Assembly (NCBI GenBank): GCA_903892515.1
Contig: CAITIS010000067.1
Span: 1,347 to 65,346, forward strand
DNA from: an uncultured Planctomycetota bacterium
GTDB lineage: Bacteria > Planctomycetota > Phycisphaerae > SM23-33
Length of the DNA: 64,000 bases
Reading direction: 5' to 3'
Notes under the pieces: generated by a model
Seen by the model: the letters and a program-made list of their open reading frames with translations, nothing else
Told to the model about the DNA's origin: nothing
Database searches by the model: none
Translations under genes and position numbers: made by a program
In this document: positions 29,112 to 38,780 of the stretch, piece after piece
Layout: the number at the start of each line of letters is the position of its first letter
Numbering within the stretch: position 1 is the first letter of the stretch

Positions 29112-29861
29112 CTACTGCGCATTCTTCTGCCAGACAGATACGTGTACCGTGCTATCTTTGGTGAATGGCTCGCGCTTCCAGCCGCCCCATCGCTCCCGCA
29201 GCGTCAACCCGGCAAGCCGAGCCATGAGGTCGAGTTCCGACGGCCAAACGTAGCGAAATGGCAGCGAGCTGACTTCACCCTTTCCGTCGCTCAGCGAGCA
29301 GTAATGCGATATCAGGCCCTGCGAGACGACATCATACTCGTCGAAGCCGAGATAGGACGGGCTCACGTGGTATACCCGGACTGTCTCGCCGGCAGGCAGC
29401 CGCTGAAGCGCCGGGATCATCACCTCGATAACGAAGCACCCGCCCGGAACAAGGTGGGCGGCCGCGTTCTGGAAGCACGCGACCTGCTCATCTTGGGTCG
29501 TCAGGTTCATGATGGTATTGAACACGAGGTAAACGAGCGAGAATTGCCGCTGAACGGTCGTCGTAGCGAAACTGCCGATGGTCGTTTCGATGTCCCCTCC
29601 ACCCCGCTTGGCACGAAGACGGGCGACCATGGCCGTCGAAAGATCGATCCCATGCACTGGCACGCCGCGCTGTGCCAGTGGCAGAGCGATACGCCCCGTC
29701 CCGATGCCGAATTCCAGGGCCGCCCCTCGGCCGGCGGCGGCAGCCAGAAAATCGACCACTGGATCGACCGTCTCGGGCTTGAACATGTCTGAGGAATCGT
29801 AGCTGGCAGCGATCTCTTCACCGAAGCGGTCGGGCGGCATTTTGAACGCGCCTGGATTCAT
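29112..29861 (-). CDS. Class I SAM-dependent methyltransferase
   Basis: ALEFGIGTGRIA, GIDLS, LVFNTIMNL, HLVPGGCFV. Confidence 0.88.
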   Translation of the reverse strand: MNPGAFKMPPDRFGEEIAASYDSSDMFKPETVDPVVDFLAAAAGRGAALEFGIGTGRIALPLAQRGVPVHGIDLSTAMVARLRAKRGGGDIETTIGSFATTTVQRQFSLVYLVFNTIMNLTTQDEQVACFQNAAAHLVPGGCFVIEVMIPALQRLPAGETVRVYHVSPSYLGFDEYDVVSQGLISHYCSLSDGKGEVSSLPFRYVWPSELDLMARLAGLTLRERWGGWKREPFTKDSTVHVSVWQKNAQ

Positions 29862-30197
29862 GGCTTTCTCCTGTTTGCCACCTGGGCATGTATTCATCGC
29901 ATCAAGAACGAAAGAATAGTTGACAATGTCTGACGATACAACCGGCGAGCCTATCCTCGCCATGGATGATTCGATGTTGAACACGATCCGTAACCGCCGC
30001 TCCGCCGGCGAAAGCCTTGACGCCTTGCTGCGACTTGGCCCAGAAGGAGTTTGGCGGCGAGCATGCCGGCCGAGACGATCTGGCTGGATCGGCTGGAGGC
30101 CTTCTCTTGCCGTGCAGGAGCGTCTCTTGGGCTACCGGCCTGAGCGACCGCGTATAATGTTGCGTTGGTGCAGCAACTTTTGGAGGCCGCAAGGCTT

Positions 30198-31112
30198 ATG
30201 AGCGAAGAGCCCATCTCATTCCGCAAGCTCTCGGGCAGCGGCAACGATTTCATCTGCCTGGACAACCGCCTCGGCCAGTTTGAGCCGCTGGTGACCTCCG
30301 GGCGGATCGACCGCTTCGTGCGAGTGCTGTGTCGCCGCGGGCTGGGCGCGGGGGCCGATGGCGTGATCCTCGCCAGCCCCACCGACCTGCTGCCAGGCCT
30401 GGTGCTCCTGGCCCGCTTCTACGACGCCGACGGCACCGAGGCGGCCCTGTGCGGCAACGGCACGGCCTGCTTTGTTCGCTGGGCCCTCGACGCCGGCTGG
30501 TCGGGCCAAGATGAGGAGGTCCGCGCCTTGACCTCCGCGGGCGTGGTTCATGGCCGGCGGATCGATGATCGCTATGTCCGCGTCTGCCTGCCCTCGCCCG
30601 AAGACGTCCGGCTTGGCCTGAGCGTGCAGACGGGCGAGCGAACATGGCAGTGCGATTACATCACCGTCGGCGTGCCGCATCTTGTTACGTTCGTGGATAA
30701 CGTGGAGCAGATCGAAGTAAGTCACTGGGGAAGGCTGCTCCGCCAGCATCCCATGTTTGCCCCGGGCGGCGTGAACGCGAATTTCGTACAGGTGCTGGCA
30801 CCGGGCCGGTTGGCAGTCAGGACCTTCGAGTTCGGCGTGGAGGACGAAACGCTCTCCTGCGGCACGGGCTCTGCCGCTTCGGCCATCCTGGCGACCATCC
30901 GCTTCCACTGGTCCAGCACGTTTATGTGTGCCGTCGAGCCCGTGCGCATTCGTGCCCGCAGCGGCGACGAGTTACGCATCTACTTCACGCTGAAAGGCGA
31001 GCAGGCGTCCGACCTGTGCTTAGAGACGGTGGTCAGGCCCGTGTACGACGCGACGCTGTCGGCGGAACTGACCCGAGCCGCACTGGGGCAAGACGATGGC
31101 GGCGCAGGCTGA
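30198..31112 (+). CDS. dapF: Diaminopimelate epimerase
   Basis: KLSGSGNDF, GADG, LCGNG, GVPH, NANF, RTFE.GV..ETLSCGTG. Confidence 0.88.
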   Translation: MSEEPISFRKLSGSGNDFICLDNRLGQFEPLVTSGRIDRFVRVLCRRGLGAGADGVILASPTDLLPGLVLLARFYDADGTEAALCGNGTACFVRWALDAGWSGQDEEVRALTSAGVVHGRRIDDRYVRVCLPSPEDVRLGLSVQTGERTWQCDYITVGVPHLVTFVDNVEQIEVSHWGRLLRQHPMFAPGGVNANFVQVLAPGRLAVRTFEFGVEDETLSCGTGSAASAILATIRFHWSSTFMCAVEPVRIRARSGDELRIYFTLKGEQASDLCLETVVRPVYDATLSAELTRAALGQDDGGAG

Positions 31113-32727
31113 CATGTTCAGCATCGACCAGAACAGCCACAGTCTCTGGGACGCCCTGCCCAAGGTTCAGGCCCTGGCCGGCAAAGGCATCGCGGTCCGC
31201 CACTTTGTCGAGGACGTGGACACCGCCTTCACCGCCATGGGCGCCGGCGTGGGCGGAAAGCTCTCACTGGCACGCGAGCGATTCTACCGCAGCGGCGGGG
31301 CCGACTGGGGCGCCGCCCTCTTCTACACCGAATTCTTCGGCCGGCAAGCGGTGGATATCCGGCAGTGGGAAATCTACACCGGCCTGGCGACCGCGGCGCT
31401 GGCCAAGAAACTGGATGTCAGCGTCGCTGCCCTGTTCGATGAGTTCTCACCCGGCGATAACTGGCAACTCATCGGTCCCAGCTATGTGCAAGACTACGAT
31501 CATCATCGCGTCATCGCCGACTTGTCCGTGGCCGAGACGGCGGAGTTTCTGCGGCAGATACTCCTGATCGCCCAGCAGGACATGCTCAAGGCCTTCCCCG
31601 CATCCGCGAGCCAGCAACGCGTGCGGGAGTTTTTCACGCAAGAGTCCGCACGGGTCGATGCGCTCATCGCCAAGCATGCTGGCGGCCCGCTCGTGAACGT
31701 CTACCAGGATTGGATGGGGCAATACGCCCCCACGGTGCAGGTCGGTCTCGCCTCCACGCTGTTCGCTCTGGGTGACGACCCGCTCTTGCGACTGTTTCTG
31801 GGTGATTATGGTCGACTTGCCGCGCTGTACAATGAGGCGCTGCGCGAAAGCCATGTCGGCCTGAACAGCCTGGATGTCCAGATCGGCGAACTGCCCTTCT
31901 TCGCCGTCAGGCCGTTCCAGGGCCACTGCGTCCGCGTCGGCATGTACTGCCGTGATGGAAGGCTCATCGTCGGCGAAGATGAGTTTCGCATCGGCGAGTC
32001 GCTGCTGGATGACCTGGCCAGGGCGGGCGTCACGTGCATCTGCGGCAAGGCCGTGGTGCTGGTCATTCAAGCCCGGCTGGGCGCGGGCCGGAGTGGCTTG
32101 GCGCTGCCCTATCGAGGCTCGATCTATCTGGGGGCCTCGCACCGTTTCGTGGTCAAGCTGCAACAGAACGCTCTGCTGGGCGAGCCGCTGCATCCGATCG
32201 TGCGCGTCCGCCTGCGATTTCTCGACCGGCTGTCTGAGGTCGATTCGGTGATCCGCCTGCCGGCCTATCTGGCCGACGCGGCCGGGAAGTCGGAGATGCC
32301 CGCGCGCGAGTTCTCACAAATCTGGCACGAACTGGCTCACTCAGCCCAGCAGGAATTGCAGGCCTTTCGTCAAGCCGGCGGCATGGAGAAGTGGCAACAG
32401 AGCGCCCTGCCCGATCTGTGGCGCAAGGACCAGCAGTTGAGCTTACGCCGTCGCGAAATGGCCAAACAGGATCCCAAGTCCGCAGCCATTCGCGAACTGT
32501 GGCAGGAAAACCGCGCCGTGCAGGTGGAGATGCTGTGGGCCGCCATCCGGCATATCGCCCGCCAGGAGCAGGTGGCCAATCTCGACTATTGGGACAGCCG
32601 CGGGGCCATCTATCCTTGGGCGCTGGCCCTGAGCGGCGAAGACTTTTACCGTAGCGTGCTTCAGCAGGCCGAGGTATATGAGGAAGGGCCGGAGGCTGAG
32701 CCCGCCACGCTAGAGCGGTTGCCATAA
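31096..32727 (+). CDS. Hypothetical protein, 543 aa, overlapping the dapF stop
   Basis: Long ORF with genome-typical codon usage; no recognised motif. Confidence 0.75.
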   Translation: MAAQADMFSIDQNSHSLWDALPKVQALAGKGIAVRHFVEDVDTAFTAMGAGVGGKLSLARERFYRSGGADWGAALFYTEFFGRQAVDIRQWEIYTGLATAALAKKLDVSVAALFDEFSPGDNWQLIGPSYVQDYDHHRVIADLSVAETAEFLRQILLIAQQDMLKAFPASASQQRVREFFTQESARVDALIAKHAGGPLVNVYQDWMGQYAPTVQVGLASTLFALGDDPLLRLFLGDYGRLAALYNEALRESHVGLNSLDVQIGELPFFAVRPFQGHCVRVGMYCRDGRLIVGEDEFRIGESLLDDLARAGVTCICGKAVVLVIQARLGAGRSGLALPYRGSIYLGASHRFVVKLQQNALLGEPLHPIVRVRLRFLDRLSEVDSVIRLPAYLADAAGKSEMPAREFSQIWHELAHSAQQELQAFRQAGGMEKWQQSALPDLWRKDQQLSLRRREMAKQDPKSAAIRELWQENRAVQVEMLWAAIRHIARQEQVANLDYWDSRGAIYPWALALSGEDFYRSVLQQAEVYEEGPEAEPATLERLP

Positions 32728-32835
32728 CTTCTTTCCGCGCGCGGCGGGTCTCCTGACCCGCCGCGGTGCCTGTCGTTAGGCGGTGGTGGGGCAGGAGACC
32801 CACCACCCTCCAGGAAAAGACTTTTGGCAACCGCG

Positions 32836-33948
32836 CTAGGCCTTTGACGCCTCGTGCACGGCCTGGAAGTAGACCCGGTAGTTCTCGACCACCTCAGGCC
32901 TCAGCGGGTATTCAAACGGCGCCGATGTCGGCAGCATCACGAACCCGCCGCCCGGGGTCGCCACGTTTAGAATCTCGCGCATCCGTCGCGCCAGGGCGTC
33001 GGGCTGCAGCAGCTCCAGCTCGCTCGCCTGAATGCCGCCCATCAGGCACATCTTCGAGCCGAGCTTCTCCTTCACCTGCCGCATGGTGACGTTCGCGGTC
33101 GAGGCCGGCAGCACTTCCAATGGCTCCAGCGCCGTCGGGGCCAGATCTAGCAGGTAGTCCAGCAGTTCAGCCATATTTCCATGGCAATGAATGATCGCGA
33201 AGTTGCCCGATTCCTTTATGATCCGAATCGGCTCGGCGTCGAAGCGCGTGACGAGCTTCTCGAAGTACTTGCGTGGGTTCAACAGCGGCGCGCCGGCGTA
33301 CTCGGGCCCCCAGAAGCGAATACCGACATTGCGAACCTTGGCACAGAGCTTCTTCAGCCCGCGGTTGATCCGCTCGGACATGACGCCGAGCATTTCCAGA
33401 ATCAGGCCTTCGTCCTCCATCAGCGTCATCGCGAAGGCGTCGAAATGAAACATGCCGCAGATCAGCCCCAGCGCATCGCCCGGGCCATACCACACCAGGC
33501 CCTGCTCGCCGACCTTCTCCTGCATCTGCAGGATAGGCGTCGGGTCGGGATCGACCTGCTGGGATTGAAGTGAAAGCCACTTCCGGCAATCCTCGGGGCT
33601 CTCCAGCCAGGGCTTGACCCGCCACCAGGTGATGTTCCCGGCATCGCGACGCAAGACCGTGGTCAGCGGCCCTTCGGGAGTCGCAATGGTTGCCGTCGAG
33701 GTTTGGCTCTCGTCGAACCGTTCACTACCCTGGGTGACCACGTTCTGGTCCTGCATGGAGGTGCCGATATCCACGCCGACGTGAACGATGCATTCGCCCA
33801 GCTGCCGCTGCATGTCGCGCAAGGCGGTGTAGTTGGCGTCATCGGCCGGGCGGCGGTCGTCAAAGTGCGAAAACTCATACAGCGTGACGGGAATCCGGTC
33901 AGGCGTTCCTCCGCCCAGGGCGGTCAGCAATCTTTGTCGCGGGGTCAT
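32836..33948 (-). CDS. Uroporphyrinogen decarboxylase/MtaA-like family protein
   Basis: MTPRQRLL.AL.GG.PDRIPV, IHCHG, CLMGGI, GGGFVMLPT. Confidence 0.85.
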   Translation of the reverse strand: MTPRQRLLTALGGGTPDRIPVTLYEFSHFDDRRPADDANYTALRDMQRQLGECIVHVGVDIGTSMQDQNVVTQGSERFDESQTSTATIATPEGPLTTVLRRDAGNITWWRVKPWLESPEDCRKWLSLQSQQVDPDPTPILQMQEKVGEQGLVWYGPGDALGLICGMFHFDAFAMTLMEDEGLILEMLGVMSERINRGLKKLCAKVRNVGIRFWGPEYAGAPLLNPRKYFEKLVTRFDAEPIRIIKESGNFAIIHCHGNMAELLDYLLDLAPTALEPLEVLPASTANVTMRQVKEKLGSKMCLMGGIQASELELLQPDALARRMREILNVATPGGGFVMLPTSAPFEYPLRPEVVENYRVYFQAVHEASKA

Positions 33949-34050
33949 AGTGGTATCTCCAGTTCGCATGATTACTAACGGCCGTAAGGGCCTGGAGCAA
34001 GAGAATCTCCGGCTCGACGGGCATCATAGATTATCTGACCCGAAAGGCTC

Positions 34051-34078
34051 TTGCGTTCGTCGGGGCGGGTCATATAAT
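34051..34078 (+). promoter_or_regulatory. Sigma70-like promoter TTGCGT-16-TATAAT
   Basis: Plus-strand promoter between two minus-strand genes, upstream of the small ORF at 34134. Confidence 0.6.
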
Positions 34079-34133
34079 GGCTTTTCTTTGCCAGTCCGTT
34101 GGGGCCGGCAGCTTTGGAGAATGAGAGCGAGAG

Positions 34134-34268
34134 ATGGCACATAAGAGAAAGAATGGCAAGTTTGGCTGGCGGACAAAGAAGGCCAATCACGGCGTCAAGC
34201 CGGAGAAGGGCAAGGAAAAGAGCCGGTTTGCACGCGACTTCCGGCGGAAGAGGAAGCTCGTTCCGTAA
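34134..34268 (+). CDS. 44-aa basic protein with bL37-like KANHG.KP motif
   Basis: MAHKRKNGKFGWRTKKANHGVKPEKGKEKSRFARDFRRKRKLVP; own promoter upstream and hairpin downstream. Confidence 0.7.
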   Translation: MAHKRKNGKFGWRTKKANHGVKPEKGKEKSRFARDFRRKRKLVP

Positions 34269-34441
34269 CGAGTCGGCTGTTGAACGAATCAGGTTTTCCC
34301 GCGGCCAGGCAATCGCTTGGCCGCTTTGCTGCGCTCAAAATCGACTCGTTCCCGGCCCGCGTGCTTCTTGAAGGGCCCAGCCTGGGCGGCGCGTGAGAAG
34401 ACATGGGCAGTCTCAGCTTCGGCAAGGCTGCCTTGCGAAAC

Positions 34442-35548
34442 TTACCGGCTTGCCAGCATTCGCTCCAGCGACTCCACCTGGCGCTGCGTGAATGGCATGG
34501 CATGGGCCGGTGAGAAGCCCTGCATTCCCAGCCGGCGCCACAGGGCAAGACGAAGTTCCTTCAAGCCCGCCAGGCTCTCGACCGACACAGCCAATTCGTA
34601 CCGCGCCGCAACGATGTCCACTTTGCTCGACACCGGCAACGCATGGGGCAAGGCCAATAACCCCGTAATGAGCCGCTCTTCCGCCGGCCCCGCTTCCGCC
34701 ACGAGCACAATCACCACGTCGGCCTGCCGCACCCGCTGCCACGCCCGAAGAATCGACTGTCTGTCGATATCGCCTGTCACCTGTTCCAGCAAGCCGGCTG
34801 TGTCGGTCAGCCAGACGGGCAGGCCATCGAGATCGACGAGTTCGCGAACCCAGTCGCGCGTCGTCCCGGCCGTGGGCGAGACAATCGACACCTGCCGACC
34901 AGCCAGCGCGTTGGCCAGGGAACTCTTGCCCGCATTCACCGCACCGGCGATTACGACCTCGGATGGTTCCAGCAGCCGCCGCATCATCGGCCAGCGTGCC
35001 AGCGCCGCCTGCAAATCCTGCGCGTCAGGCTCGTGTGCAAGTAAGGCTGAAAGTCCGCCCGACCATTGATTCGTGATGGCCGATACCGCCAAGGCCGTCC
35101 GTGCTGTGGGCAGCGTATCGATCATCTCCCGGGCGATTTCGCTGTTGTTGAAGTGCGGATGCGTTAAGCCCATCGCCGAATCGCCCAGTTGAGGCGAGTC
35201 GATCTGACAGCCGAAATCCTTGAGCAGCGTCAGCACGGCCCGCGCCACCTGCGGCCCGCCGTGAATGTTGATCTCGAAGAAATCGTCGGCAATGGCCGTC
35301 ACGATGGCCTCATCGATCCGGCGGTCGCCCTGGACGATCCAGCCGAGCGAAAGTTTGCCCTGCGTTGTTGCATCAGTAGGCGGGCACTCAGAAGATGGCG
35401 GCGTGGCGGTGGCAGCAGCCGTTCGGGACGGCTGCGCTAGAAAGATTTGTGAGAGCACTGTGCCGGCGGCGGGACCATGCAGGGCGATCACCGCGATGCC
35501 GCCACGCGATGGCGCCGTCAGCAGCCGGGCTGTGGTCGGCGCGGTCAC
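34442..35548 (-). CDS. Short MnmE/TrmE-like GTPase
   Basis: RGGIAVI, EINIHGG, GAVNAGKSSL, AGTTRD, DTAG, SKVD. GTG start overlaps the coaX stop. Confidence 0.8.
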   Translation of the reverse strand: MTAPTTARLLTAPSRGGIAVIALHGPAAGTVLSQIFLAQPSRTAAATATPPSSECPPTDATTQGKLSLGWIVQGDRRIDEAIVTAIADDFFEINIHGGPQVARAVLTLLKDFGCQIDSPQLGDSAMGLTHPHFNNSEIAREMIDTLPTARTALAVSAITNQWSGGLSALLAHEPDAQDLQAALARWPMMRRLLEPSEVVIAGAVNAGKSSLANALAGRQVSIVSPTAGTTRDWVRELVDLDGLPVWLTDTAGLLEQVTGDIDRQSILRAWQRVRQADVVIVLVAEAGPAEERLITGLLALPHALPVSSKVDIVAARYELAVSVESLAGLKELRLALWRRLGMQGFSPAHAMPFTQRQVESLERMLASR

Positions 35549-36312
35549 TGTCGCAGGAACATCTGGTAGGCCAGGCCCACGCCCATCAGGCAAAGATCGG
35601 GCACGATGGCATGGACGATGTCATAGTCCTTGCACACCAGTTCGGCGTCGCCGCCCGTGACCAGCAGCGGCGGCCATTGCCCCAGCTTGGTGGCGTAGGC
35701 CTCGGTCAGTTCACGCAGCGCCCCGCGGGCGCCGTAAACGATGCCACCGATAATGGCGTCGATGGTGTTGCGGCCAAAGACCCAGTCGGGCCGGTGCAGT
35801 TCGACCTTCGGCAATGCGGCCGTGCCTTCGTGCAAGGCCTGGGCCGACATCTTCAGCCCCGGCAGGATCGCTCCGCCCAGGAATGCCCCGTCGTCGCCGA
35901 CGCAGTCGATGGTGATGGCCGTACCGAAGCTGGCGACGGCGCACGCCTTCTCGAAGCTGAAGTACGCCATCGCGGCCGAGCAGAGCCGGTCCGTGCCGAC
36001 GCGGGCCAGGTCCGGCAGATCAGAATCAATCGGCAAGGGCAATTCACGCCCCACCAGCATGACCTTCTGCCCCAGGTGGCCGGCGGCCTCATCCAGCAGG
36101 GCCAGGTTCCGCGGGCTCACGGACGACGCCGCAACGGCCTCGCAGGCGTGCTCGCTCCAAAGCTGCCGCAGCATCTCGGGCAGCAGGTGAAACTCCTGCG
36201 TCGACAGTCGGCGAGTCTCCAGCGGCTTCTCCCCCACCATCGCAGCCAGCGCGATGCGGGAGTTGCCGACGTCACAGGTCAGGATTGTCTGCTGCTCGTT
36301 GGATTCGCTCAT
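35545..36312 (-). CDS. coaX: Type III pantothenate kinase
   Basis: DVGNSRI, SSV, VGTDR, FGTAITID, GGAILPG, TGGDA. Confidence 0.93.
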   Translation of the reverse strand: MSESNEQQTILTCDVGNSRIALAAMVGEKPLETRRLSTQEFHLLPEMLRQLWSEHACEAVAASSVSPRNLALLDEAAGHLGQKVMLVGRELPLPIDSDLPDLARVGTDRLCSAAMAYFSFEKACAVASFGTAITIDCVGDDGAFLGGAILPGLKMSAQALHEGTAALPKVELHRPDWVFGRNTIDAIIGGIVYGARGALRELTEAYATKLGQWPPLLVTGGDAELVCKDYDIVHAIVPDLCLMGVGLAYQMFLRQ

Positions 36313-36368
36313 GGCCATATCCTAGCCGGGAGGTGGGTAACTGGTGAACTGCTTAACTGATTCACCAG

Positions 36369-37361
36369 TTAGCGGCTCTTCCGGTGCAACTTCTTCCAAA
36401 GCGTCTCGGTCAGTTCCCGCAGCCCTTGGCCTGTAGCGGCCGAGATGCGATGGACTCTCTTGCCGATCTCTCGCTCGAATACTTTCACGGCCTCGGCCGC
36501 ACCGGTGAGGTCGAGCTTGTTGGCGACGATGATCTGGGGCTTCTTCCCGAGTTGCGCCGAGTACTGGCGCAGTTCCTCGTTGATCTTGTGGAAATTCTCA
36601 GCCGCGGTGCCCACGGGCGGCAGCACATCGACAATATGCACCAGCAGGCTTGTCCGCTCCACGTGTTTGAGAAACTCATCGCCCAGCCCCACGCCGCGAT
36701 GCGCGCCTTCGATCAAGCCCGGAATATCGGCCATGACGAAGCGCCGCTCGCCGGTCAGTTCGACGATGCCCAGCACCGGTTCCAGCGTCGTGAAGGGGTA
36801 GTCGGCAATCTTCGGCCTGGCGGAGGAAAGGTGGGAAATCAGCGTGCTCTTGCCGGCGTTGGGCATGCCCAGCAAGCCGACGTCGGCGATGAGCTTGAGT
36901 TCCAGCTTCAGGTGGCGCATCTGACCCTTGCCGCCCGGAATGGCGCGCCGCGGGGCTTGGTGCGTGGGCGTGGCAAAGTTCATGTTGCCCTTGCCGCCCC
37001 GGCCGCCTTGGGCCAGGCAGACCGTTTCGTTGGGCGTGGTCAGATCCTTCAGAATCGTGTCGTGCTCCATGTCGCGGATGATCGTGCCCGGAGGCAGCGC
37101 GATGAGCAGGTCGTTTCCATTGGCGCCGTGGCACTTCGAGCCCATGCCGTTGCCGCCGCGCCCGGCCTTCCAATGGTGCTTGCCCACGAGGTGCCGCAGC
37201 GTGTTGTAGGAGGTGTCGGCCACGCAGAAAACGCTGCCGCCATCGCCGCCGTCGCCGCCGTCGGGCCCGCCCAGCGGGACGAACTTCTCCCGCCGGAAGC
37301 TGATGGCTCCGTCGCCGCCGTCGCCGGCCTTCACCATGATTTCCGCTTCGTCAATAAACAC
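36369..37361 (-). CDS. obgE: GTPase ObgE
   Basis: FIDEA..GDGG.G..SFRREK, GMPNAGKST, YPFTTL, DIPG, NKLD. Confidence 0.96.
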   Translation of the reverse strand: MFIDEAEIMVKAGDGGDGAISFRREKFVPLGGPDGGDGGDGGSVFCVADTSYNTLRHLVGKHHWKAGRGGNGMGSKCHGANGNDLLIALPPGTIIRDMEHDTILKDLTTPNETVCLAQGGRGGKGNMNFATPTHQAPRRAIPGGKGQMRHLKLELKLIADVGLLGMPNAGKSTLISHLSSARPKIADYPFTTLEPVLGIVELTGERRFVMADIPGLIEGAHRGVGLGDEFLKHVERTSLLVHIVDVLPPVGTAAENFHKINEELRQYSAQLGKKPQIIVANKLDLTGAAEAVKVFEREIGKRVHRISAATGQGLRELTETLWKKLHRKSR

Positions 37362-37558
37362 TGCTAACACCCGCTGATCTTGATCCGGCCACTTGGGCCG
37401 CACTTCGCGCGCCGCCTGGGCGCGTCGCGCCCGTGCAGGCATCCACAAAAAAGAGATGACAAGGCCTCAGTCCCGAAGCGATCGGAACTGAGGCCCGTTC
37501 ATCCCTGGCGCTCCTATACCCGCATAGGCTATCCGCCCACGGGTATATGGCCGAGAAT

Positions 37559-37804
37559 TTATACGGCTTCCACCATCACGTCCACGAACCGGCCACGGAA
37601 CCGCACCTGCCCGTCTTTGAGGGCAAAGAGCGTAAAGTCCCGCCCGGTGCCGCAGTTCATGCCGGCCTTGAAGGGGCTGCCGCACTGCCGCACGATGATC
37701 GTGCCGGTCGTGACGAACTGCCCGCCCCATCGCTTCAGGCCGCGATTCTGCGCGTTCGAGTCGCGACCGTTCTTGGTTGAACCCTGTCCTTTTTTATGTG
37801 CCAT
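37559..37804 (-). CDS. rpmA: 50S ribosomal protein L27
   Basis: [31 protein letters not shown]. Confidence 0.97.
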   Translation of the reverse strand: MAHKKGQGSTKNGRDSNAQNRGLKRWGGQFVTTGTIIVRQCGSPFKAGMNCGTGRDFTLFALKDGQVRFRGRFVDVMVEAV

Positions 37805-37896
37805 GCTTACCTACTCCATGTACCAGTCGCCGGCCCGCTCCGGGCCAGTCGCGAAGACTCACCATTTTATGATACGAACAATGCGGCGTCAATAGT

Positions 37897-38592
37897 TCAC
37901 CGCATGACCCATTCCTTCTTTTCCAACTGCGGGGTATTGGCCGACCGGGCCGCCGCCTCGCCGGGCAACCAGAAATGCAACTGCAGCGTCTTGGCCAGGA
38001 TGGCCTCGTCGGTGGTAGTTTCCTGCTTGTTGCCCTCGGCATCGATGACCGTGACCTTCACGGGCTCGGGCAACTTGACCTTGACTCGCTCGCCGGACAT
38101 GCCGCCGATGAAGATGTCAAAGCTGCGGGCGTTGGGGTCGATGTCGCGCCAAATGGCCACGCCGCCCTTGAAGTTGTCCTGGCCCTGGAGAATCTTGCCG
38201 GTAATGTGGGCCTGATCCAGCAGGAGCGGATCGTTGTGACGCTTCTGGATGGCTGTGAAAACCTCGCTGGGCACCTTTTCGCCGGCGCGAAGGATCTGGC
38301 CGGTGTCGGTGTACAGCACGAAATCAGGCACAAAAATCTGATCCTTGCCCGTCTCGTTGGTCACGCGGTACAGCACGTACCAGAAGGTCTGGGGCTTGGT
38401 CTCGCCGGCCAGGCACAGCGTGATGGGCTGAGGATTCTGGTAGTCCAGCTTCAGTTCCCAGCTTGCCGGGACGATCCGCGGCTTGGGCAGCGTGGCCGCA
38501 GGGCTCTTTTCAGCAGGGGCCGTCGTCGGCTCTGCCATCGCCATGCCGGCAACGATCGCCACGGCCGCGACCCAGATAATAATTCTGTTCAT
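37897..38592 (-). CDS. Secreted hypothetical protein
   Basis: Signal peptide MNRIIIWVAAVAIVAGMAMA; WYVLYRVTN, WVMR end. Confidence 0.75.
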   Translation of the reverse strand: MNRIIIWVAAVAIVAGMAMAEPTTAPAEKSPAATLPKPRIVPASWELKLDYQNPQPITLCLAGETKPQTFWYVLYRVTNETGKDQIFVPDFVLYTDTGQILRAGEKVPSEVFTAIQKRHNDPLLLDQAHITGKILQGQDNFKGGVAIWRDIDPNARSFDIFIGGMSGERVKVKLPEPVKVTVIDAEGNKQETTTDEAILAKTLQLHFWLPGEAAARSANTPQLEKKEWVMR

Positions 38593-38780
38593 GCTGACTC
38601 CTTGATGACGCAAGCGACGCGCCGCCCTAAAGGTATGACGCCGCCATGCGAATGTCAACATCGGCAACTCGTGCGTCGGGCCGTTAGTCCTCAGGCCACG
38701 GTGAAATACTGGGCCCTATAAAGCTAATTGCCCCTGGTTGGGCCATTGAGCCCGCCGCCCAAGCAGCGTACCATGCCACG

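Noticed and set aside
34190..34400. 6S, SRP or RNase P RNA call
   Set aside because: Diagnostic motifs were not recognised, and part of the region is explained by the small basic ORF.
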